From the NCBI GenBank assembly GCA_045863235.1, contig BTUM01000047.1, forward strand, positions 1 through 62,278: a stretch of DNA of 62,278 nt, written 5' to 3'. The position numbers and the translations under genes were made by a program. Shown in pieces: positions 30,151 to 40,205 of this stretch (position 1 is the stretch's first letter; each line of letters opens with the position of its first letter). The notes beneath the pieces were generated by a model that saw nothing but the letters and a program-made list of their open reading frames with translations, was not told the origin of the DNA and did not search any database. This DNA is from Candidatus Xenobia bacterium (lineage in GTDB: Bacteria > Vulcanimicrobiota > Xenobia > Xenobiales > QWHO01).

Positions 30151-31470
30151 ATGCAGCAGATCTCGCCCGTTCGCCAGCCCCCCTCTCCCGAGCCCAGGCG
30201 CTGGGAGGCCCTCGTTCCTCGCTCCGAGCAGGACCCTCGCCAGCAGATGTACGAGCGGCGCCTGCTCAGCCTGCGGCTGGAGCAAGCCTGGCAGAAACAA
30301 CAGTTGCCCATGTCGCTCGAGCAGATCACGGGCACGCTGGCCGAGAACATGGAAGTGCTCGACGGCGACCAGGACGGCAGCTTCAACATCCAGGACCTCC
30401 TTGCTGTGGCCGAGGACGATAGCGCCGACCCGCGCCTGCGCCGCGCTGCCCGGGCCTTGCTCGCCAACGCCAACTACACCAACGCGGTGGACGTGGCCAG
30501 CGGGGGCACGCGGGCGGATGGCGTGTTCACGCTGCAGGACCTCCAGACGGCCAGGACCAATGAGCAAAACGCCCCCGGCGGCCTGCTGAGCATGGAGCAA
30601 ACGGCTACCGTGCTGGATCGAAAGTATGCAACCTTCGACCAGAACCAGGACGGCTCGATCTCCCGCGAGGAGCTGGCCCGGGTGGCGCTTGACGAGAACG
30701 CCGACGAAGAGGTGCGCAAGACGGCTCTGACGCTCCTGAGCAACCAGAACGTCTTCAATGCCATGGACGTGGCCCTGACCGGCCAGCGCAACGGCAACAT
30801 CAGCCAGCGAGAGGCCACCGAGGCCGGCTGGGGCCCCGGCCAGCCCAGCGATAACCGCTGGACGAGCACCGACGAGGAGGCGCTCGACCGCTCACTGCAG
30901 CAGGAAGGGACCTTCGGCGACAGCCTGATCACCGCCTTCGACCAGGGATCGCGGGGGAACTGCGTCTCCATCGCGGTCATCAAGGCCGCTATGGACAAGT
31001 ATGGCAACAACGTTTTCCAGAACGTGGAGAAGCTGCCCGATGGGGGCTACGAGGTGACCATGCAGGACGGCTACGTGGTGGAGTTGACGGCCGAGGAGAT
31101 GCGGCTGGCGGCCCAGGCCTCCGACTTCGAGAATGGCGACCCCGAGGCCATGGCTTACGCCACGCTCTGCTTTGCGGCCATGGCCAAACGGGGGATGGAG
31201 GAAGGCCACGAGGGCGCGGACACTTTCGTGGAGTCACTCTGGGCCCTGACCACGGGCGAGCAGATGACCGACGGGGCCCAATTGCTGGGGGTTCCGTTCA
31301 AGATGATCGGGACCCACGAGTTGGACGACTACGACTCGGGCGTGCTGGCCGCCAACGGGCGCCACTCGGTCTACGTGGACACCAGCGGCGAGCCGACCAT
31401 GGATTGGTACGGCAAGCCCAGGGACTTCCAGGAGTTCGAGGGACCGGTCTCGCTCATCGTGCTGCTCTAA
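30151..31470 (+). CDS. EF-hand-like repeat protein with C-terminal papain-like peptidase domain
   Basis: AGGAGG RBS; DGDQDGSFNIQDL, DQNQDGSISREEL; QGSRGNCVSIA (Q...C), GRHSVYV (H), DWYG. Confidence 0.7.
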   Translation: MQQISPVRQPPSPEPRRWEALVPRSEQDPRQQMYERRLLSLRLEQAWQKQQLPMSLEQITGTLAENMEVLDGDQDGSFNIQDLLAVAEDDSADPRLRRAARALLANANYTNAVDVASGGTRADGVFTLQDLQTARTNEQNAPGGLLSMEQTATVLDRKYATFDQNQDGSISREELARVALDENADEEVRKTALTLLSNQNVFNAMDVALTGQRNGNISQREATEAGWGPGQPSDNRWTSTDEEALDRSLQQEGTFGDSLITAFDQGSRGNCVSIAVIKAAMDKYGNNVFQNVEKLPDGGYEVTMQDGYVVELTAEEMRLAAQASDFENGDPEAMAYATLCFAAMAKRGMEEGHEGADTFVESLWALTTGEQMTDGAQLLGVPFKMIGTHELDDYDSGVLAANGRHSVYVDTSGEPTMDWYGKPRDFQEFEGPVSLIVLL

Positions 31471-31506
31471 AGGGATTTTCGCGGCCGGGGTGTAGCATGC
31501 GGACCT

Positions 31507-32175
31507 ATGCTGCCCTGGGAAACCCTCGAGAAAGCCCGCACTCCCGATGGCTCCGAGCTCGTGCTCGCGCGTCGAGGTCAGGATTACTCGATCCGCATCG
31601 ACAACCGCGAGCTGATGACCAGCCGCACCCACGGCTCGGAAGAGATCCTGGCCCAGGCTGCCTGCGCGCCCATCCGGCGGCGTCAGGCCCCTCGCGTGCT
31701 GATCGGCGGGTTGGGGATGGGCTACACCCTGCGGGCCGCCCTGGACACGTTGGGGCCGGAGGCCAGCGTGGTGGTGGCCGAGCTCACCCCCCAGGTGCTG
31801 GAATGGAACCGCACCCACCTGGCCGAACTGGCCGGCAAGCCGCTCGATGACCCCCGGGCCCGCGTCGAGCTGGTCGACGTCGGCAACCTGCTAGACGGCA
31901 AGACGAAGTGGGATGCGGTCATGCTCGATGTGGACAACGGCCCCGAAAGCCTGGTGCGAGAGGGCAACGACCGCCTGTACGACCTGGCCGGGCTGGCCCG
32001 GATCCATCGCTCTCTGACTCCGGGGGGCATGCTGGCCATCTGGTCGGCGGGCAACGATCCCCGCTTCGTGAATCGCATGCGCACGGTCGGTTTCAAGAAC
32101 TCTCGCTCGGAGTGCGCCCGCGCCCGCGGCGGCAAGAAGGGCCCCCGCCACTTCGTCTTCCTGGGCAACACCTGA
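31507..32175 (+). CDS. Spermidine synthase-like SAM-dependent methyltransferase
   Basis: VLIGGLGMGYTL, DAVMLDVDNGP. Confidence 0.85.
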   Translation: MLPWETLEKARTPDGSELVLARRGQDYSIRIDNRELMTSRTHGSEEILAQAACAPIRRRQAPRVLIGGLGMGYTLRAALDTLGPEASVVVAELTPQVLEWNRTHLAELAGKPLDDPRARVELVDVGNLLDGKTKWDAVMLDVDNGPESLVREGNDRLYDLAGLARIHRSLTPGGMLAIWSAGNDPRFVNRMRTVGFKNSRSECARARGGKKGPRHFVFLGNT

Positions 32176-32247
32176 CCGGCATCTAACCCTCATCTATCCG
32201 CCGACCTGCATACTCGACCCACAGGACGCCAGCAAGGAGTGGGAGCA

Positions 32248-33153
32248 ATGCAAGTCACCGCCATCCGCAACGAGACTGTCACCGAAGGAGTCGAGCCCCG
32301 GGTCCCCGACCTCAGCCCGCGCCGGGAAGAAGACCACGCCGCGCTGCAGCGAGGCCCCTCACTCAAGGCCAAAGCTTCGGCCCTGAACAGCAACGAAGGG
32401 GCCCGCCTGGTCTGGTCCGACGTGCTGAGCGACGGCCCCATTCGCCCCACCGCCAGCCAGGCGAACCAGAATGCCTTCCGCTCCGACACGCCCACGCCCC
32501 TGGAGGGCTACGATCAGGCCAAGCTCGACAACCCCAACCACAAGACGCCCAAGTACATCTTCGGTCGCGTGGCTCAGGGCTACAAGCTCGACAGCGTGAA
32601 GGGGGACAAAAATCGGGCCGAGGAGCTGCTGCGGGCCATGGTTCCCGACCTTCGGGCGGCTGGCTTGGAAGTCGTGGACGTGAAGGGAGACCGCATCCAG
32701 GTCAAGACCGAGGTGGGCTACGAGTGGGTGGACGTGGTGCGCGGCGCCGGCTCGGACAACCCCGGCTGGTGGTGGGGCTCGGAAGGCAAGGGCACGCCCG
32801 CGCCCACGGCCACCGTGCAGGAGTGGGCGGCGGCCACGGGCCAGACAGCGGCCGCAGGACAGACCGGCGGCCAGGGCGCCCCGGCGGGGCCGAGCGCGCC
32901 GAATCCCTTTGCGGGCGTGCTCGGAAGCGCCATCGACCAGGCCGCCGTCATGGCCATCCTGAAGAAGTACCCGCCCACCAACGAGGGCATCCGCCAGGCC
33001 ATGCCCGAGCTGCAGCAAAAGTTCCCCGGCGTGCAACTGCTCGAGCACCCCCAGCGGCTCGACAAGCTCAAGTTCCCCAACGGCGCCATCATCGACGTGG
33101 TGGTGGGAGCGGGCGGCTCCGAGCCCAAGTGGGGCTGGATGCCCGAGAACTGA
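32248..33153 (+). CDS. Hypothetical protein with two related domains
   Basis: AAGGAG RBS; VDVVRGAG...WWW and IDVVVGAG...WGW. Confidence 0.75.
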   Translation: MQVTAIRNETVTEGVEPRVPDLSPRREEDHAALQRGPSLKAKASALNSNEGARLVWSDVLSDGPIRPTASQANQNAFRSDTPTPLEGYDQAKLDNPNHKTPKYIFGRVAQGYKLDSVKGDKNRAEELLRAMVPDLRAAGLEVVDVKGDRIQVKTEVGYEWVDVVRGAGSDNPGWWWGSEGKGTPAPTATVQEWAAATGQTAAAGQTGGQGAPAGPSAPNPFAGVLGSAIDQAAVMAILKKYPPTNEGIRQAMPELQQKFPGVQLLEHPQRLDKLKFPNGAIIDVVVGAGGSEPKWGWMPEN

Positions 33154-33262
33154 GCCACCTGGATGCTGCTGAGACTGCCTGGAGCGAGCTCGGCTCCTGG
33201 CCGGCGCCACAGTTCCAGCCCTCATAGGACTTGTTCATCTCCACCATGAAGGACACCGGGCA

Positions 33263-33607
33263 ATGAAAGACCCCGTCCAACAGGCCATGAACAAGTTCCA
33301 CCGGGGCAACCCGGAGGCCTGCGAGGTCGAGCCGACCAGCCTCCTGGCCTGGTGCAACCGGGGCGAGTGCTGCCTGCAGCTCGACCGCGCGAAGGAAGCC
33401 GAGCAGGCCTACGACCACGCCCTGGCCCGGTTAGCGACCTTTTTCCCGGCCGTGGAAGGCCGCATCCGAGCCCAGATCGCGCAGGGCCACATCAAGCAGG
33501 CCCGGCAGGCCTGCCAGGCTTACCTCGATGGCGACCGGGCAAGCCCCGATGAAGCCGAGAGCCTGCAGGAACTGCTGGCCCTGTGCCGTCAGCTGGCGCG
33601 GCGCTAA
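33263..33607 (+). CDS. TPR-containing protein
   Basis: AWCNRGECCLQLDRAKEAEQAYDHAL TPR motif. Confidence 0.7.
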   Translation: MKDPVQQAMNKFHRGNPEACEVEPTSLLAWCNRGECCLQLDRAKEAEQAYDHALARLATFFPAVEGRIRAQIAQGHIKQARQACQAYLDGDRASPDEAESLQELLALCRQLARR

Positions 33608-33620
33608 AGCGAACAAGCCT

Positions 33621-33650
33621 TTGACACGCTCCAGCTCTCTGGGATATCCT
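33621..33650 (+). promoter_or_regulatory. Putative sigma70 promoter of TA operon 1 (likely leaderless)
   Basis: TTGACA, 18 nt, TATCCT; ATG 7 nt downstream. Confidence 0.55.
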
Positions 33651-33657
33651 GTACAAC

Positions 33658-33948
33658 ATGGCCAAGATGACTCAAAACACCTTGTCCGCCGCCGCGGCTA
33701 AAGCGAACTGGGCTGCTTCCCTGCGTCAAGTCGAGCAGGGTGGCATGCTCGTCATTACCCGTTACGGTCAACCTGTCGCTGCCCTGGTCGGAATCGAGGA
33801 GGTCGCTCAGTTGGCCCGACTGCGGGCAAGAAGCCCCAAGGATGGATTGGTCGGGCTGGTTCATCGCTGGGACGACAGTGAGGACCTGGCCGTGGCCTTG
33901 GACCAGCTCGACCGCCAGTCGGAGCGTTCCCTCCCAAACCTGGACTGA
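33658..33948 (+). CDS. Phd/YefM family antitoxin
   Basis: SAAAAKANWAASLRQVEQG..LVITRYGQPVAALV. Confidence 0.85.
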   Translation: MAKMTQNTLSAAAAKANWAASLRQVEQGGMLVITRYGQPVAALVGIEEVAQLARLRARSPKDGLVGLVHRWDDSEDLAVALDQLDRQSERSLPNLD

Positions 33949-33951
33949 GCC

Positions 33952-34374
33952 TTGGCCTATCTCTTCGACACCAACGCCATCTCCGAAACTTTGCGCCGGC
34001 GGCCCAATCCCGAGTACCTCGGGTGGCTATCCAGCGTGCCGGCAGAGCAGCAGTTCACCAGTCTGCTGGTGGTTGCGGAACTGCTCGCGGGTGCCTACGG
34101 CTCCCCTTCCCCAGGCAAGTGGCTCGAACGCATCGAGAATGAGGTGCTCGCTGCCATCACCGTGCTCGATTTCGATTACGCGTGCGCTCACCAGTTTGGG
34201 AAGCTTCGAGCCTACCTCCGCGGCCTCGGGCGTCCAATTGGGGACGTGGATACCCAGATCGCGGCCACGGCGCTGACCTTCGACCTGGTTCTCGTAACCG
34301 CCAACAGCAAGCATTTCAACCAGGTGCCGGGCCTCACGACTCGAGCCTTCCAGCCCGGCGAAGGGAGTTATTGA
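33952..34374 (+). CDS. vapC: VapC family PIN-domain toxin
   Basis: YLFDTNAISE, ELLAGA, DTQIAATA, LVTANSKHF. Confidence 0.9.
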   Translation: MAYLFDTNAISETLRRRPNPEYLGWLSSVPAEQQFTSLLVVAELLAGAYGSPSPGKWLERIENEVLAAITVLDFDYACAHQFGKLRAYLRGLGRPIGDVDTQIAATALTFDLVLVTANSKHFNQVPGLTTRAFQPGEGSY

Positions 34375-35789
34375 CCCCCGTGAGCGACTCCACCGACGAG
34401 ACGGTCCCGGTTCGGCGCAGCCAGTCCGACGACGCCGTGCAGACCTCGCTCGAGTTGCGGGTGCGCTACTCCGACCGCCCCCGGCAGGTGGTCCCGCTCA
34501 ACCGCGCCGCCCTTGAGCACAGCGTCGACGGCACCGTGTTGCGCTTCACCTACGATGAGGGCCGGGTGCGCTTTCGATGCCTGTCGGGCACCAAAGTCTA
34601 CAAGGACGGCCTGGCGGTCGAAAGCGGCGTTCTGGAGGTGGGAGGGGTGCTCGAGGTCGGCGACCACCGGGTGTTGCTCTGGGACGCGGGCCACCCGGTG
34701 GCCTACCTCAAGGGCTACTCTCCCCCCTACTCCAACGAGATCTGGCCGCTGGGCCCGGGCCGCTACCCCGTGGGCCGGGCCGGCAGGCGAGCCAACGCGA
34801 TCCAGCTCGATCACCCCACCGTCTCGCGCGAGCACGCCACCATCTTCGTGGGCGGGGACGGAAGCTACCAGATCCAGGCCGAGTCGGCCACCAACCCGGT
34901 CTACCTGCACGGCGAGGAGGTCAGCCCGGGCTCGACCCGCGAGCTGCGTCACGGCGACCTGCTCGAGCTGGGCGAGCTGGTGTTTCGTTTCCACCAGCCC
35001 GAGCGCTCGCCCGCCTCCTCGGAAGAGGACGCCTCGCTTCGGGTCCGCTCGCTCGGGGGGCTGACCGTCCAGATCGCCGGAAACGTGCTGCCGGACCGGG
35101 CCTGGAAGACCCAGTACGTGAAGTGGATGTTCGCCCACCTGGCCTACCAGTGGGGGGCTCCCCTGGGCACCGAGGTGCTGCTGGAGGAGCTGTGGCCCGA
35201 CTCTGATCCCGCCCGGGCCCGCAAGAACTTCAACTACAGCCTGTCGGTCCTGCGCTCGGCCCTGCGCGAGCTCATGCCCGAGTCGCTCAAGTCCACCGAG
35301 ATCGTGCTGCGCAGCAGCTCCGCCCTGCAGCTCAACCCCGACCTTCTCGACCGGCACGACGCCGTCTTTCTCCACCGCCTGGCCCGGGCCCGTCCCTCGG
35401 GCGACGACCGGGAGTGGGAGCAGGCGGCCCGGACGGCCGTGCTCGACTACGCCGGCCCCTTCCTGCCCGAGTGCTACCTCGACTGGGCCGTAGCCGCCCG
35501 CCAGACCCTGGAGCTGCAGGTGATGGACCTTGCGCGTAGCCTGCTCGACCGGCTCATCGCGCGGCCAGACTGGGACGCGGTCATCACGGTCGGCAGCCAG
35601 GTCTTGCAGATCGACCGCCACCAGCAATGGGCCTGTCTTCAGGTCATGCGCGGGCTGCGCCACCGCGCTCGTCTGAGCGAGGCGCTGCGTCTCTTCGAGC
35701 GCAGCCGCGGGCTCTGGCTCGAGGAGCTGGGCATCGAGCCCGAGGCCGAGCTCGTCAGCGAGCACGAGCAGATCCTGGCCCTACTTTGA
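34371..35789 (+). CDS. FHA-domain plus SARP/BTAD transcriptional regulator
   Basis: GR...HPTVSREHA...SATNPV FHA motif; RVRSLGGL, EELWPD, YAGPFLPECYLDW, EELGIEP. Confidence 0.85.
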   Translation: MTPVSDSTDETVPVRRSQSDDAVQTSLELRVRYSDRPRQVVPLNRAALEHSVDGTVLRFTYDEGRVRFRCLSGTKVYKDGLAVESGVLEVGGVLEVGDHRVLLWDAGHPVAYLKGYSPPYSNEIWPLGPGRYPVGRAGRRANAIQLDHPTVSREHATIFVGGDGSYQIQAESATNPVYLHGEEVSPGSTRELRHGDLLELGELVFRFHQPERSPASSEEDASLRVRSLGGLTVQIAGNVLPDRAWKTQYVKWMFAHLAYQWGAPLGTEVLLEELWPDSDPARARKNFNYSLSVLRSALRELMPESLKSTEIVLRSSSALQLNPDLLDRHDAVFLHRLARARPSGDDREWEQAARTAVLDYAGPFLPECYLDWAVAARQTLELQVMDLARSLLDRLIARPDWDAVITVGSQVLQIDRHQQWACLQVMRGLRHRARLSEALRLFERSRGLWLEELGIEPEAELVSEHEQILALL

Positions 35790-37103
35790 GGGCCGGCTCA
35801 CCACCGCCGTGTCCTGCTGCTCACCCGGCCCCTCCAGCCCCTGCAGCACCTCCAGCACCCGCCGGGCCGAGGCGTAGCGGTTGGCCGGGTTCTTGTCGAG
35901 CAGCACCGCCACCACGTGGGCCACGCCGGCCGGAACGCCCGGGGCCTCGAGCGGGGGAGCCGGCTGCTCCAGGTGCATCCGCACCAGCTCCTCGCGGCTC
36001 TCGGCCTGGAACGGGGGAGCGCCCTGCAAGAGCTCGTAGAGGATGACGCCCAGGCTGTAGAGATCGGTGCGAGGATCCACCTCCGAGCCGCCCGCGTGGA
36101 CCTGCTCGGGAGCGATGTAGCGGGGGGTCCCCAGGGCCTGGCCGGTGAGGGTGATGGCGGTCATGTCGGCCAGCCGGGCCAGGCCGAGGTCGAGGATCTT
36201 GACCTGGCCCTCGTGCACCATCAGGTTCTCAGGCTTGAGGTCGCGGTGCACGATGCCCCGCTCGTGAGCATACTCCAGGCCTTCCAGGATGGTCCGGGTC
36301 CAGGGCCACACGGTGGACCAGGGCAGGCCTTGAGGCACCACCAGCTTGCGCATGGTCTGGCCCGAAGCCAGCTCCATGACGCAGCAGGCGAGCTGCTCTT
36401 GCTCGAAGTAGTCGAAACAGCGCGGGAAGGCGGGGTGCTGCAACTGGCTGAGGAGCTTGTATTCGCGCCGAAACCGGTCCAGCGAGGGGCAGTCGGGCGA
36501 GTCGAAGTAGAGCACCTTGGCGGCGTACTCCCCCGCATCGTCCACCACGCGATAGACGGCGCCCATGCCCCCCTGCCCCAGACGCGCTTCCACTCGATAA
36601 CGGCCCAGGCTCTTGCCCACGAGCGGGTCCCCGGTGGTGTCGAGGCGCTGCTCTGCCTCAGTCGCCGGGCGCCTCGAGCGGACGGCCAGCAGGGCTCCCC
36701 CCACCAGACCGCCGGCCAGGACCAGGCTGAGCAGGGGATAACCGGTCAGGTAGTCGCGAGCCGTCACCAGCGCTGAGCTGGCCGGGGGACGAAGCCAGCC
36801 GGTGGCCGGCAATCGGCCGCTCGCCCAGTCCTGGGCCGCCACTGTCACGCGCAGGTCAGCATGGTCGGGAGCTTTGAGAACCAGCACCCCACCGGCATAC
36901 TGCACCGGCCTGCCGTCGGGCCCGCGCAGCACGGGCGGGCTCACCGAGAGCGGCTGCCCGGAGGGGCCCAGGTAGCTCAGGCCCGTGGGGGTATCCAGGT
37001 AGACCTGGCCGGGCGGGAAGGAGTGGACGGTGAGGGTGACCTCCTCGGACAGGGCCAGGCAGGCGCTCGTCAGGCAGAGCAGGATCAAGAGCACGCGAGC
37101 CAT
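35781..37103 (-). CDS. Membrane Ser/Thr protein kinase
   Basis: Signal peptide and TM; LGQGGMGAVY, HRDLKPEN, DLGLA, GTPRYIAPE. Confidence 0.92.
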   Translation of the reverse strand: MARVLLILLCLTSACLALSEEVTLTVHSFPPGQVYLDTPTGLSYLGPSGQPLSVSPPVLRGPDGRPVQYAGGVLVLKAPDHADLRVTVAAQDWASGRLPATGWLRPPASSALVTARDYLTGYPLLSLVLAGGLVGGALLAVRSRRPATEAEQRLDTTGDPLVGKSLGRYRVEARLGQGGMGAVYRVVDDAGEYAAKVLYFDSPDCPSLDRFRREYKLLSQLQHPAFPRCFDYFEQEQLACCVMELASGQTMRKLVVPQGLPWSTVWPWTRTILEGLEYAHERGIVHRDLKPENLMVHEGQVKILDLGLARLADMTAITLTGQALGTPRYIAPEQVHAGGSEVDPRTDLYSLGVILYELLQGAPPFQAESREELVRMHLEQPAPPLEAPGVPAGVAHVVAVLLDKNPANRYASARRVLEVLQGLEGPGEQQDTAVVSRPSK

Positions 37104-37146
37104 GGTCGAGAGGATTTCGTGACCCGGCGGGGCCGGCCTTCTCACG

Positions 37147-37761
37147 TCATTGATTGCGCGGATGGATCTGCCTGACCACCCGCAGCCGGGGGGTGGCGGC
37201 CTGGGTCTGCTGGTCGTAGACGGGCACGTCTACCTCGACCTCGACCCGGAAGAGGGGCCCGGGCTCGAGCGTGTAGCGGAAGTCGGTGACCCGGCTGGCC
37301 AGCAGCCTGGGCTCGACCAGGTTGGGCCCGGGCAGGGCCGACTGCAGGAAGGTATCGAGCTGCCCCGGGGTCATCGCCTGGGGCCGGGTGTCGGAGGGGA
37401 CCGGGGTGGCGTTCTGGGCCAGGTAGAGCTGCCCGGTCGAGGCGTCCCAGACAAAGCAGCGCCACAACGCCTCCCAGCGAGGCTGGGGGGAAGTGAAGGT
37501 GTCGGTGCGATAGCAGTGGGCGGCCAGCACGGCCGCATCCGGACTTGCCGAGCGCCGCCAGCTGACCCCCGCCGGCGAGCAGCCGATCAGGACCTTCTCC
37601 AGGTGTCCCACGATGGCTTGCAGCCTGGTCTGCTGCAGGCTGCGCTGGGTCTGGATGCGAGTCACCCGGGAGGTGGAGTGAAGCACGCCGGCGACCACCA
37701 GGAAGATGATGGAGGCCAGGGCCATGGCCACGAGCGCTTCTACCAGCGTCCAGCCTTTCAT
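37147..37761 (-). CDS. Prepilin-type (type IV pilin/pseudopilin-like) protein
   Basis: MKG-WTLVEALVAMAL class III signal. Confidence 0.8.
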   Translation of the reverse strand: MKGWTLVEALVAMALASIIFLVVAGVLHSTSRVTRIQTQRSLQQTRLQAIVGHLEKVLIGCSPAGVSWRRSASPDAAVLAAHCYRTDTFTSPQPRWEALWRCFVWDASTGQLYLAQNATPVPSDTRPQAMTPGQLDTFLQSALPGPNLVEPRLLASRVTDFRYTLEPGPLFRVEVEVDVPVYDQQTQAATPRLRVVRQIHPRNQ

Positions 37762-37775
37762 CCGTCCCACGGCGC

Positions 37776-38174
37776 TCAGCGGGGCAGCCGGGCCAGCAGG
37801 CTCTCGCAGCGAGCCTGGCGCGTTCCGGTGACGTCTCGCCAGGTCACCGTCACCCGCACGCCCTTGAGCTCGTTGTCGGTCAGGCCGGTGGCGAATCCGG
37901 CGCCTCCCAGGCCGTAGACTTCGGTGGTGGCGGTATAGGGGGTCTCATCGGAGAATCGCCCGTTGACCGGGGGAAGAGAGCCGATGCTCAAGAGCGACAC
38001 CGCGCCGGCCTTGTGGGTCTCCAGCAGATTCTGGGCGATGACCTGGCCCTCGTAACCGCGCTGCGCCGTGCGCCCGCTCCGCCCCGTCTGCACGGTAACC
38101 GCGGCCACCATGACCAGCAGCACGCCCAAAAGGCCAATGGAGACCATCTGCTCGAGCAGGAAAGCGCCTCTCAC
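37776..38174 (-). CDS. Minor pilin/pseudopilin-like protein
   Basis: MRG-AFLLEQMVSIGLLGV; VRVTVTW. Confidence 0.7.
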   Translation of the reverse strand: MRGAFLLEQMVSIGLLGVLLVMVAAVTVQTGRSGRTAQRGYEGQVIAQNLLETHKAGAVSLLSIGSLPPVNGRFSDETPYTATTEVYGLGGAGFATGLTDNELKGVRVTVTWRDVTGTRQARCESLLARLPR

Positions 38175-40093
38175 AGCTCCCTCCAGGAGCGCAGTCGGAT
38201 GCGATCGGAGAGGTTGAAGAAGCGGCTGAGGTCGAGCTGCCAGACCAGCACCGTGCGCACGGTGGCCCCCGTGCCGCCCCCTCCTCCGCCGGTGGCCGCC
38301 TGACCGAGCAGTCGGCTGTTGAGGTTGAAGATGCGCACGATCTCGGGGGCCTGAGCCACCATGTACTGGGCCGCGTCATCCAGGAAGGCGTCGGTGGAAC
38401 CGGCCGCGTTGACCGAGCCCCAGTCGGCCGCCACCTGGAAGAGAGCGGCGCGCGCGCTGGCGCGGTCGGTGAAGTCGCCCACGAAAGAGTCCTGCCAGCC
38501 CACCCCGTTGGCGTCGATGCGATCGATGTCGCCGGAAGGGTTGGGATTGTTGATGCGAATCGAGCCCAGGGTAATGGGATCGGCCGGCATCGGGTTGGGC
38601 AGGCCGATCTCATACCACGGCTCGGCGGCCGTGGGGGGATGGGTGACCGGGAACCCGGGCGGCGGAGCCGAGTAGTCCTCGCGGGGGCCATTCATGTTGG
38701 CGGTGAACAGGGTGGGGGCGGTCTGGGTGGTGCCGCGCAGGGTCAGGTTCGCGGGCGGGACACCGAACCCGTAAGGGTCCCCCATGGTGGTCAGGTTGGC
38801 GTGCAGAGTGGGCGGCATGGGCGTCAACCCGCCCGCCGGCACCGGCACGGTCGTGACCACGGGCACCGTCACCACGCCCAGCCCGGCGCTCTGCACCAGG
38901 GTCGAGCGGTGCAGGCTCACCACCCCCGAGGGGTTGGGATTGTTGACCACCACTGAGCCGGCCACGTTGGTGTAGCGGCAGTCCAGGTCGCCCTCAGTGT
39001 AGAGCAACCCCCGGAACTCGGCCTGCTGGCCGGGACTGCCCTGCAGCCGGATGGGGCCGCCCGCCACCACCGCCGTCCCGCTCTGGCCCGAGAGCGAGCC
39101 GCCACCCTCGATCTGGACGGGCCCGGAGGCGATCAGGGCGCCGGTGCCGCTGAGCCCGCCCTGAATGGACACCCCGCCATCCACGAAGAGAACGCCGCCA
39201 TCCAGCCTCAGCCCTCCGTTGATGGCCAGGTCACCGGCGCGGCGATTGAATCCCGAAAGTGTGGTGGCTCCCAGGGAGGCGCTGCTGAGGGTGCTCACCC
39301 CGGGCCGGGTGGCCGTATCCAGGCTGCGCACGTCGATGCGGGGAAGGGGCGCGAGCTCGGCCTGGGGGCGCAGCGAGCCCGTGACCGTCGCCCCCGGATC
39401 GACCTGCACCGTGCCCCGCGATTGGGCGTCGCCCTCGATGAGGGTGGTGGACAGCAGCTTGAGCGCCGCCCCCCCCTGGTCAGCCGCGTTGGTGGCGATG
39501 TGGCCGGGCTCTTTCATCTCCGGCGGGATGGCCCCGAAACCGGCCGCCAGGGCCGAGGGGTCGCGCACCCCGAAGACGTGCAGGCGATCGGCCTGCATGG
39601 GAACGCTGGAGGACACCACGTAGGGAAACCTGGGGACGTGCAGGACGGCTTCAATCCGCTGCTCTCGCCCCCGATACCGGCCCACGCCCACGATGTTGGC
39701 CGTCTCCGGCTGCACCACCGTGCCCCCCCAGCCGCTCAGGCTGCCCGAGCCGGTGAGGTTGTTGACGCTGAGGGGAATGCCGTGGCGGGCAGACTCCGTC
39801 GCGTCCAGGGCAACCAGACCGCGCGAGCCGGGGTAGCTGCTCAGGGTCAGGTCGACGACCGGACAGGCTGCCGGAGCCAGGCCCGGGTCTTGCACCAGCC
39901 GGGCGATCGTGGCCTGCACGGCCGACTCGGCCAGACGCCGCGCCCCGCTGCGCGCGTCGTCGAGGTGGCGCAGGTTCTGCTGAAACAAAGCGGCGGCCGA
40001 GGAGACCATCATGAGGGTGAAGAGCAGGAGCAAGCAGGCCAGGATGGTGATGAGGGCTCCCCGTCGGGCGTTCTGCTTGCGTGCGTTCCCCAC
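38171..40093 (-). CDS. PilX-like large minor pilin with Gly-rich beta-helix region
   Basis: RRG-ALITILACLLL, ARRLAESAV; G.L...G.V.I.G repeats. Confidence 0.7.
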   Translation of the reverse strand: MGNARKQNARRGALITILACLLLLFTLMMVSSAAALFQQNLRHLDDARSGARRLAESAVQATIARLVQDPGLAPAACPVVDLTLSSYPGSRGLVALDATESARHGIPLSVNNLTGSGSLSGWGGTVVQPETANIVGVGRYRGREQRIEAVLHVPRFPYVVSSSVPMQADRLHVFGVRDPSALAAGFGAIPPEMKEPGHIATNAADQGGAALKLLSTTLIEGDAQSRGTVQVDPGATVTGSLRPQAELAPLPRIDVRSLDTATRPGVSTLSSASLGATTLSGFNRRAGDLAINGGLRLDGGVLFVDGGVSIQGGLSGTGALIASGPVQIEGGGSLSGQSGTAVVAGGPIRLQGSPGQQAEFRGLLYTEGDLDCRYTNVAGSVVVNNPNPSGVVSLHRSTLVQSAGLGVVTVPVVTTVPVPAGGLTPMPPTLHANLTTMGDPYGFGVPPANLTLRGTTQTAPTLFTANMNGPREDYSAPPPGFPVTHPPTAAEPWYEIGLPNPMPADPITLGSIRINNPNPSGDIDRIDANGVGWQDSFVGDFTDRASARAALFQVAADWGSVNAAGSTDAFLDDAAQYMVAQAPEIVRIFNLNSRLLGQAATGGGGGGTGATVRTVLVWQLDLSRFFNLSDRIRLRSWREL

Positions 40094-40205
40094 CCTGGTA
40101 CTCTAGCACACCACCCGGGTGATTGCAGCCGCCGGCGCCCCGGTAACATCCTGTCTGCCAGAGTGTAACAACCCGCCGCCCTCCTCGTGCGAGCATGAGG
40201 GTGCG

